Of a stretch of 24,000 nt of DNA, positions 16,046 to 23,122 are shown piece by piece. The DNA is taken from assembly GCA_048886185.1 (NCBI GenBank), contig JBHLKY010000003.1, positions 156,806-180,805 of the forward strand. The letters run 5' to 3'. The stretch comes from Candidatus Hermodarchaeota archaeon. GTDB lineage: Archaea > Asgardarchaeota > Heimdallarchaeia > Hodarchaeales > Hodarchaeaceae. The stretch's first letter is position 1, and the number at the start of each line of letters is the position of its first letter. The position numbers and the translations under genes are program-made. The notes below the pieces were generated by a model that was not told the DNA's origin, ran no database searches, and worked only from the letters and a program-made list of their open reading frames with translations.

Positions 16046-16448
16046 GAATTAAATTCCTCAAAAAAACAAGGTTGGAAATTAGTCTCCTCTTGGTTTTATA
16101 CTTTTAAAGAATTTTTATTTAAACATCTAGTCATTTAATCCTTAATAATTTCCTACTTTCTAATGAATAGTGAAATATAGCCTATCCCTTGCAGCTGAAA
16201 GGGATTTAATCGTGGGTAGATGGCAAAAGAGATTTTTAAGGTAAATTTAGATATTTGGAAACCAAATATCCCTATAGAAATTTCTTTTAAGATGTAAACT
16301 TAGTTCTAAACCATTCATGTTTTTCCTCTCCTTGATGGGGGTGATATACTCTACAGAAAATCTCAGAAATCATTCAAGGAGGTTTAGATAGCAATGATCT
16401 ATTACTATATAATAAAAATAGCCATAAGGTACCAATATGCAATAGCTC

Positions 16449-17561
16449 ATGGTTTATTGGTGGGAAAGTCATTTTTATTCAAGTCTCTCTTTCTGTGATT
16501 TGCTTAGATATGAGATTTCCAACTTATTCTTGGTGAATAAATTGAAATACGGCTGTTTAGAATGTGGTGGAAATCTTGTGCAAACTGAATCTGATATTGT
16601 TTGTATGAATTGTGGTTTGGTAGCAACTAAAATTTTCGAAAAGCCGACGATACAGCTGATAAAAGCAGAGAGAAGTTTTGGAAACCAATATGCATCTATA
16701 AGTGAGAGACCTAGTGCCATGAAATCTTTAGGAACATACATAGGTTGTTATCGAAAGAAGTTTTTAGCCGACTCTAAAGGTGTTCAATTAAAAATTTCTG
16801 CTAAACAGCAATTTCGGCGATTAAAATCTCTGAACGACATTTATCTCCACTTTAATGGTCGCCAGCGAGAGTATCGCGCTTATAATTTCTTAACAACTAT
16901 TTGTAGTATGCTTCAAATTACTGAGGCAGCAAAAGCTGATGCTTTATTCCTGTATCGAAGTGTAGAACCGCATTTACACGGGGAGCTAAAACTTTCCAGT
17001 TTAATTATGGGCTCTCTTTACTTAGCTATTAGATCCAGGAGAGAAAATATTGAATTAATACGTCTTGTTGGCACCGTTCATAGTCGTGGTTACACAATTC
17101 AGGGTAAAGACATAATAAAGGCTGCTTCATTAATTAGACAACATGCTCAGATTCGAGTAAGTCATGTAAAATCGGAGGAGTATCTGGATACTATTATTAG
17201 TCGTCTCCAGAGAGACGCTGCGATATTAAAACAAGTGCAAAAAAAGATAGTTGTCATAAAAAATGAATATTTTCATTATTTAAAGGTTACAGCAAAAAAA
17301 TTACTTATGAATTTCCCACGATCAAATCGAGGTGGACGTAATCCATTTATACTAGCAGCAGCGATAATCGTTGCTTCAGATATTCTGTTAGCACAGCAAA
17401 ATTTGTTTTCCCACTGTTATAAACATAAATCTAAACGAGGAATCTTAACACAAAAGCACATTGCAAAAATCTTAAGTATAGCTGAATTCACATTACGTGA
17501 ACACTTTCTCTTGTTAGCAAAACCTTTAATGGAAGATGAAATGAAAAATAATCAAAAATAA
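16449..17561 (+). CDS. tfb: Transcription initiation factor B (TFB/TFIIB family), divergent
   Basis: It has a zinc ribbon (CLECGGNLVQTESDIVCMNCG) followed by two cyclin-like repeats (...AKADALFLYRSV...SLIMGSLYLAIR... and ...GRNPFILAAAIIVASDIL...). The ATG at 16449 gives a 35-aa hydrophobic extension before the ribbon. TTG at 16530 or GTG at 16533 would give a canonical short N-terminus. Confidence 0.78.
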   Translation: MVYWWESHFYSSLSFCDLLRYEISNLFLVNKLKYGCLECGGNLVQTESDIVCMNCGLVATKIFEKPTIQLIKAERSFGNQYASISERPSAMKSLGTYIGCYRKKFLADSKGVQLKISAKQQFRRLKSLNDIYLHFNGRQREYRAYNFLTTICSMLQITEAAKADALFLYRSVEPHLHGELKLSSLIMGSLYLAIRSRRENIELIRLVGTVHSRGYTIQGKDIIKAASLIRQHAQIRVSHVKSEEYLDTIISRLQRDAAILKQVQKKIVVIKNEYFHYLKVTAKKLLMNFPRSNRGGRNPFILAAAIIVASDILLAQQNLFSHCYKHKSKRGILTQKHIAKILSIAEFTLREHFLLLAKPLMEDEMKNNQK

Positions 17562-18069
17562 TTAATAAAGTAAGATTGCTTTTTTTGAAGAATTATTATA
17601 ATAGAATATCTAGCTGAGGAGTTTGGAATATCCAAGATTAAAATTTCTCAAAATCTCTCTCAAAGTGGTAATTCAATAGACAATGAACCGATTATGAAAT
17701 TAGATTCCTCATACAGGAAATACATCACTCATAGCTGATTCCAGAGTCATAATGGAAGGCACCTTACTATCGATGCCAATTAGACATACAAGATCTTGAT
17801 AACCGGACTTCTAAAGGCTTCTACAGCCGATAAGGTAACTGATGTCGGATTAAAGCCAGTATAATAGAAACTGGATGTGGTGACGAGTTATTTGATACTC
17901 TTCTGTGAATAAAATTAAGAAATCTTTTATCAGAATTCATAACCTACCTCGAAAACATGATAAACTGTAGTCCACTTCGCTGACTCTTGGGATTAAACAA
18001 AAAAACCAAGTTTATACAGTAATATTTAATCCTATATTAACAAATCGAGTAATTTTCTGGTGAATAATA

Positions 18070-19599
18070 ATGGCAGATCTCGAAAGAATGAATTTAGTGG
18101 TTACAGGTCACGTCGATCATGGGAAGTCGACTGGTTTAGGCCACATGTTATTCCTACTCGGTCAGATTCACGATCCTAAAAAGAAAAGACAACCTTGGCG
18201 TATAGCTGAGAGATATTTCAAAGATAGTAAAGCGCAAGGTATGGGAAGTTGGTCATATGCTTGGATCCTAGATCCTCTCATAGATGAGAGAGAACGGGGT
18301 TTAACAATCAACGTATCTTTTATGGAATTTAAGACCAAGAATTATATCTTTAACCTTATTGATGCCCCTGGGCACAGTGACTTTATTAAGAACATGATTA
18401 CAGGAGCCTCACAAGCAGATGCGGCAATCCTAGTAGTTTCAGCGAGAAAAGGAGAATTTGAGGACGGGACTAAAGTAGCTGGAACGGCCTCTGGAAAATA
18501 TGCAAACGTTATTGGAATGACCACAGAACATATGCTTCTTCTTACTTCTCTAGGTGTTACAAACATTGTTGTTGCAATAAATAAAATGGATGTTGTAGAT
18601 TATGATCAGAAGCGGTACGAACAAATCAAAGATGCAATTCACAAGATTTTCACCCAACTTATGACCGCGTTACAGATAGATAACAAAGAAAAGTACCTAG
18701 AAGCTATTAAATATGTCCCTACAAGTGGTTTAGTTGGAGTGAATGTTCTTTCAAAAGATGTAACATTTAAAAATCTTGAAGGACATATTTCTGCCGCAAA
18801 AGCTGGTAGTGGTGACTCTGAATTCATTGAATCATTGGAGAAGGAGAAAGAAGGTATTGAAGCAGGATTTGACGCGTTATCTTGGTATGATGGTCCATCC
18901 TTAATTGAAGCTCTTGATATACTAGAATCTCCAGCAGTTCGTAAAGAACAATTTGCGAAACAATCAATTCGGATACCAATTCAACAGACTCTGAATATAG
19001 CTGGCGTTGGTACAGTTCTTACTGGTCGTGTTTCAAGTGGAATTCTTAAACCAAATACTGAAGTTGTCATATCTCCTACAAAACAGAGTATTGAACCCCT
19101 CCCAATCACAGTAAAGTCAATTGAGGAATTCCATAAGGAAATTCCCCAAGCCCTACCAGGTGATAATGTTGGATTCAACATAAAGACCAAGAATATTGGC
19201 GCAAAAGACATTATCCGAGGAGCAGTAGTCAGTGATCCAAAAGATCCTGCAAAAGCTTTAAGACCAAATATCGACGCATTCTTATCATTTGTGCTTGTTG
19301 TCCGCGGATTAGGTAAAAAATCCAAGAAAAAAGGAGAAGTGTGGGGGATCCATGAAAACTACTCACCTGTTGTTCATTGTGGTACAGCTCAAGTCGCCTG
19401 TCGTGTGACTCAAGTTCAAGAAAAGGATTTACTTGCTCAAGGGGAAAGGGGAATGGTTTGGATGACTCCACTAAATCCCCTCGTTATTGAACCTTTATCC
19501 AAATCCCCTGCACTTGGACGATTTGCATTACGGGATTCTGGTAAAACTGTTGCGGTGGGAGTAGTTCAGAAGATTGAATTGGGCAAATATGCTACCTAG
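18070..19599 (+). CDS. tuf: Elongation factor 1-alpha (aEF1A) with lineage-specific insertions in the G domain
   Basis: 509 aa, versus ~430 aa typical.
- G1: GHVDHGKST.
- Switch I: ERERGLTI.
- G3: DAPGHSDFIKNMITGASQADAAILVVSA.
- G4: NKMD.
- Domain II: IRIPIQ...GVGTVLTGRV...PGDNVGFNI.
- Domain III: HCGTAQVACR...LGRFALRDSGKTVAVGVV.
A GGTGA Shine-Dalgarno-like motif lies ~8 nt upstream. Confidence 0.85.
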   Translation: MADLERMNLVVTGHVDHGKSTGLGHMLFLLGQIHDPKKKRQPWRIAERYFKDSKAQGMGSWSYAWILDPLIDERERGLTINVSFMEFKTKNYIFNLIDAPGHSDFIKNMITGASQADAAILVVSARKGEFEDGTKVAGTASGKYANVIGMTTEHMLLLTSLGVTNIVVAINKMDVVDYDQKRYEQIKDAIHKIFTQLMTALQIDNKEKYLEAIKYVPTSGLVGVNVLSKDVTFKNLEGHISAAKAGSGDSEFIESLEKEKEGIEAGFDALSWYDGPSLIEALDILESPAVRKEQFAKQSIRIPIQQTLNIAGVGTVLTGRVSSGILKPNTEVVISPTKQSIEPLPITVKSIEEFHKEIPQALPGDNVGFNIKTKNIGAKDIIRGAVVSDPKDPAKALRPNIDAFLSFVLVVRGLGKKSKKKGEVWGIHENYSPVVHCGTAQVACRVTQVQEKDLLAQGERGMVWMTPLNPLVIEPLSKSPALGRFALRDSGKTVAVGVVQKIELGKYAT

Positions 19600-19619
19600 C
19601 TATCCCTTTCTCTTTTCTC

Positions 19620-19626
19620 TTTTTTT
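19620..19626 (+). terminator. Oligo-T tract (T7) downstream of the first EF-1alpha gene
   Basis: A run of 7 T within a pyrimidine-rich stretch, 21 nt after the stop codon. Archaeal termination commonly uses oligo-T signals. There is no experimental support. Confidence 0.3.
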
Positions 19627-19644
19627 CTTTGAATCTCATTCTTT

Positions 19645-19654
19645 TTTATAAAAA
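19645..19654 (+). promoter_or_regulatory. TATA-box-like element upstream of the second EF-1alpha-like gene
   Basis: TTTATAAAAA is centred ~33 nt upstream of the ATG at 19682. That is consistent with an independent, short-leader transcript for the paralogue. Confidence 0.35.
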
Positions 19655-19681
19655 TCAGCCTAGGATTGGCGGTTTAACTCT

Positions 19682-21013
19682 ATGGTTGATGATAGACCAA
19701 CTATATCTCTTGTTTGGATCGGACATGTGGATCATGGGAAATCAACAACATTAGGACACTTATTATTTCAAATCGGTGCTGTTGATCCCCGAATATTAGA
19801 AAAGTTAAAGGAGGAAGCTGTACAGCATCAAATGGAATCTTGGCAGTGGGCTTATATTCTTGATTCATTACCAGAGGAAAAACAACGTGGAATCACTGCA
19901 GATATTGCGTTTTATCCATTTGAAACAAAAAAGCGAAATTTCATGCTCATTGATGCCCCTGGACATCGTGATTTTGTGAAAAACATGATTCGTGGTGCAG
20001 CATTAGCAGATGCATGTGTTTTAGTTGTAAGTGCTGTACCAAATGACCTTAAATCTGGTTTAAAGAGTGGTAGCTACGACAGTCCTGGAGGTCAAACTAG
20101 AGAACACGCAGTTCTGGCATCCGTTTTAGGGATTGAACAGATCGTTGTGGCAATCAACAAAATGGATTCAGTTAATTTTCAAGAAAGTCAATTTCGGATA
20201 GCAACAGATCATATTAAGACGCTATTTCAGGAAATTCAATCACCTTGGACTAAAAAATTGGATAAAATCCCATTTATCCCCATAAGCGGGTTTTTAGGAG
20301 ATAATCTAGCTCATCCTTCAACAAATTTCAAATGGTACTCAGGCCCAACCTTAATTGAAGCTTTAGATGCATTAGAGGGTTCCGTGTCTAATGAAGAATT
20401 AACAATGAGATATGTTTCTTATGATTTGGATGAACGTCATGGTTTTGGTACATTGTTATTAGGTAAAGTCTTAGGGGCCCCATTGAAAACAGGAGATCTT
20501 GTAAGAGCTCTTCCTTTGAATAATGTGTCTGAGGTTAAAGAGATATGGAAACAAGATACTAGAATATCACATATTAGCCCTGGTAATCATGGATCAGTAC
20601 TATTACGAGACTTAGATAAAGATATGTTGGAAGAAGGGATTGTTCTAGCCCCCGAGCAATTAGATTATCGTTTTGCCTCCCTAATTCGTGCTAGTCTGTT
20701 AATACTCGAAGGATCTTTTGTACCTGGTTCTTCTATGATTTTACATTGTGGAACTTCCTATACAACCACACAAATTTCAAATATATCAAAGATTTTGAGG
20801 ATGAATCCAAAGTATAAAAAATTACCCCGGAATTTTGAAGGACATATAACTATTGCTTTTAAAGGGGAACTCATTGAAGTAGAATTAGTTTTAGATTCCC
20901 CTCTAGTCGTTGAAAAATTTAGTGACTTTCCGGAGCTAGGTAGAATAATATTACGCCATTCTGGGCAAACCATCGCTGTTGGTAAAATAAACGATATAGT
21001 AAGGGAGAATTAG
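19682..21013 (+). CDS. EF-1alpha-family GTPase paralogue (intact G domain, divergent domains II/III)
   Basis: 443 aa.
- G1: GHVDHGKST.
- Switch I: KQRGIT.
- G3: DAPGHRDFVKNMIRGA.
- GGQTREH.
- G4: NKMD.
- G5-like: PISGFLGDNL.
- WYSGPTLIEALD.
Domain II/III strings (GFGTLLLGKV, PGNHGSVLL, HCGTSYTTTQ, LGRIILRHSGQTIAVG) are recognisable but strongly degenerate relative to aEF1A. Confidence 0.8.
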   Translation: MVDDRPTISLVWIGHVDHGKSTTLGHLLFQIGAVDPRILEKLKEEAVQHQMESWQWAYILDSLPEEKQRGITADIAFYPFETKKRNFMLIDAPGHRDFVKNMIRGAALADACVLVVSAVPNDLKSGLKSGSYDSPGGQTREHAVLASVLGIEQIVVAINKMDSVNFQESQFRIATDHIKTLFQEIQSPWTKKLDKIPFIPISGFLGDNLAHPSTNFKWYSGPTLIEALDALEGSVSNEELTMRYVSYDLDERHGFGTLLLGKVLGAPLKTGDLVRALPLNNVSEVKEIWKQDTRISHISPGNHGSVLLRDLDKDMLEEGIVLAPEQLDYRFASLIRASLLILEGSFVPGSSMILHCGTSYTTTQISNISKILRMNPKYKKLPRNFEGHITIAFKGELIEVELVLDSPLVVEKFSDFPELGRIILRHSGQTIAVGKINDIVREN

Positions 21014-21110
21014 AACCTCTACATTAATTATAACTAAGAATTCAATCTAGTTAATACCTGACTTAAATTAGTCATAAATAGATGTAAATGTTTCATTACT
21101 TTGTAGATCC

Positions 21111-21692
21111 CTAGCGAGCGCTTAAGGCAACACGTTCAATATCCTGCTTTCTTTTTATTGCATTAGAGTTTGGATTATTAGTTGATGCTAAGATTAATTG
21201 TTCTGCAAGAATTTCTTCAAATGCTCTTACGCTATTAAAAGCTGATTTCCTCACTGCTTGAGCCAGTAAGCGTAAGGCAACATCTACCCGCCGTTGAGGC
21301 GCACTATCTACAGCTGTGTGATAAACAATTCCACCATATGAAATTCGGGTAGTCTCTTCCCTCGGAGCACAATTGATGATAGCATCCACAAGAACCTGAA
21401 TAGGATTACTCCCTGTTTTCAGCTCAACTATTTGTAAAGCAGATTTGACAACATTAAGAGCTAAAATTTTCTTTCCAGTGTTTTTCCCAGGACTCATTAA
21501 TTTGTTTGCCAGACGTTCAATAATATGAACATAGGATTTATGAAATCGTTTATGTTCATGACGTCCAGCACTATGGGGAACAAGTCTTTCAGTTAAATTA
21601 ATGTAACGGACGAGACTAATATCTTTGATTTCGATTTCCTTACAATTCCATAAACCAAATATCTTCATTTCTTCTGGAACAGCCATTTTCAT
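21111..21692 (-). CDS. rps7: 30S ribosomal protein S7 (uS7)
   Basis: 193 aa with ...HSAGRHE.KRF.K....IIERL.NKLM..G.NTGKK, NPIQVLV.AI.N..PREE.TR and the C-terminal KRK.DIERVA.SAR, typical of archaeal uS7. Confidence 0.95.
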   Translation of the reverse strand: MKMAVPEEMKIFGLWNCKEIEIKDISLVRYINLTERLVPHSAGRHEHKRFHKSYVHIIERLANKLMSPGKNTGKKILALNVVKSALQIVELKTGSNPIQVLVDAIINCAPREETTRISYGGIVYHTAVDSAPQRRVDVALRLLAQAVRKSAFNSVRAFEEILAEQLILASTNNPNSNAIKRKQDIERVALSAR

Positions 21693-21705
21693 CTTCCATC
21701 TATAC

Positions 21706-22029
21706 TTAAGTCCTTAATTCGATTTCTACGAAAATTGAACGCGAAACATTTAGTCTTATAATCTGTCGCATCGTTCTATCGTCTGCATCGATGTCTATCA
21801 AGCGTTTATGAATTCTTAATTCGTAATCTTCCCAAGTTGCAGTGCCTTGTCCGCTTGGTGACTTCCTTACAGGTAATTTTAACTTTTTTGTTGGTAAGGG
21901 AATAGGACCTCGCATTTTCACCCCAGATTTTTCTGCAATTCTTTTCATTTCATCGCAGATTCCATCTAGCTGTCCAACATCGGTACTCATCAACCGAATT
22001 CGCGCTACGGACACCAAGATTAGATTCAC
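21706..22029 (-). CDS. rps10: 30S ribosomal protein S10 (uS10)
   Basis: ARIRL.STD...LD..C..........G....GPIPLPTK.L...VRKSP.G.GT.TW...ELRIHKRLIDI matches uS10. The track start at 22029 is GTG. An in-frame GTG at 22014 (MSVARIRL...) would give a more canonical N-terminus. Confidence 0.9.
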   Translation of the reverse strand: MNLILVSVARIRLMSTDVGQLDGICDEMKRIAEKSGVKMRGPIPLPTKKLKLPVRKSPSGQGTATWEDYELRIHKRLIDIDADDRTMRQIIRLNVSRSIFVEIELRT

Positions 22030-22245
22030 CTATTTGCTTATGCAATTCTTTGTGTTAGATTACTCGAGTAGGTAGAATGATTTGGGGTTATAAGGATTGT
22101 TGGTTTCTATCATACGCCTTCCTTTTTTACATTGAAATTATGCAAAACCTGACTGACATCAATAAGTGATTTAGTAGAAACGTTGTTTTTTAAGATAAAT
22201 CAGGATTTAAAGGATAACAGAGATCCCTTGGATGCTGAAAAAGAA

Positions 22246-22436
22246 CGCCAGGGGAGGGATTCGAACCCTCGAGTACAAAAAGTACACTGGCTTTCTGACA
22301 CAGGTTATAATTCCTTAATGACTCAAGGCCAGCGCCTTACTACAGGGAAATGGGAGACCATTAACCCATCCACTTGGCTTTCGAATTGTAATACTCCATG
22401 GAGATTTAAAAGTGAAAGTATCTACAAAACCCCGGC
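22246..22436 (-). tRNA. tRNA-Ser (anticodon UGA), apparently interrupted by three introns
   Basis: Reverse-complement fold:
- 3' part is clear: T arm GAGGG-TTCGAAT-CCCTC, 3' acceptor CCCTGGC with discriminator G, and a long variable arm GTAC-TTTTT-GTAC (class II).
- Anticodon stem CTGGC...GCCAG encloses CTTGAG plus ~29 extra nt (canonical 37/38 intron).
- D-arm halves GCC-AAGTGG and TAAGGC are split by ~30 nt.
- The only complementary 5' acceptor, GCCGGGG (one G-U pair), lies ~49 nt further upstream.
Total length is 191 nt, giving a mature tRNA of ~83 nt. I did not verify BHB motifs at the splice sites. Confidence 0.6.
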
Positions 22437-22461
22437 AAAACGGATAGTTAATGATTTATTA

Positions 22462-22911
22462 TCATGTTTTATAGTCGTACATCACAATTGTTCCACCAAT
22501 AGCTACAATAGTCAGGATGATTCCCATGATTAATAATGTGATGGATGTCCTTGCATCATAAGCGAATCGTGTAGAATAACGGATTAAGTAAAGGCCTCCT
22601 GAACCTATACTGAAAAATAGGCCTGCTATTAAAGATTCTACTAAGAATTGTTCACTTGAAGATTGAAAAATTGGTACAAGTTGAGTGGCCGTCTGTCCCA
22701 TCGGTAGTGGTTGTTCTGTAACATCGTAAAGTCCACCAGCTAGAATGAATACAGTTGCAACGAGTATGAGGGCCAAAATATATTTATGGGGTGCTTCATA
22801 GGGGAGTTCGATATCTGGAATCCTAAAATCGATTGTGGGCTTTTTAAGGCCTGGGATCCATGGAAGTCGTTGTGGATTTTCCTTAATTCTTTCAGGTTGC
22901 TTTTTTGACAT
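22462..22911 (-). CDS. Hypothetical membrane protein (basic N-terminal tail, 3 predicted TM segments)
   Basis: 149-aa ORF with an ATG start, ending 25 nt before the inferred tRNA-Ser 5' end. Hydrophobic segments are ILALILVATVFILAGG, LIAGLFFSIGSGGLYLI and LLIMGIILTIVAIGGTIV. No family recognised. Confidence 0.55.
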   Translation of the reverse strand: MSKKQPERIKENPQRLPWIPGLKKPTIDFRIPDIELPYEAPHKYILALILVATVFILAGGLYDVTEQPLPMGQTATQLVPIFQSSSEQFLVESLIAGLFFSIGSGGLYLIRYSTRFAYDARTSITLLIMGIILTIVAIGGTIVMYDYKT

Positions 22912-23122
22912 AAGAATAACCTTTGAAATCCGTTCGCTATAAGATTCTCTTTTTTTTGGTTGGTTTTGTTGATCTAGGTGTCCTGATGTTTAGTTTAAAC
23001 CCCTTTTTGGCGCATATTACTTAGGATGAAGCTTTAGGGGGCGATACTGTTAATAGATGTACGGGATGAGGCGACATGAATCTGACTTAATTTATTTTCG
23101 AAATTAAATAATAACAAAATAA

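Noticed and set aside
16184-16269. Hairpin ATCCCTT-N8-AAGGGAT (16184-16205) and perfect palindrome ATATTTGG-AAA-CCAAATAT (16251-16269) upstream of tfb; similar TTTGGAAT-ATCCAA at ~17622
   Set aside because: They could be operator sites in the DUF655/tfb divergent promoter region. However, an 8-bp A/T-rich inverted repeat is expected by chance about once in a window of this size and composition. There is no independent support.
19682-21013. Second GTPase as aIF2-gamma or SelB
   Set aside because: GHVDHGKST (not GHVDHGKTT/GHIDHGKT), GGQTREH, NKMD and WYSGPTLIEALD are EF1A/eRF3/Hbs1-subfamily signatures. There is no aIF2-gamma zinc-ribbon Cys cluster and no SelB-type C-terminal extension.
22183-22533. 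116-aa plus-strand ORF from the track
   Set aside because: It lies entirely over the minus-strand tRNA-Ser locus and the 3' end of the 149-aa membrane gene. Its sequence has no protein-like motifs and is explained by the tRNA.
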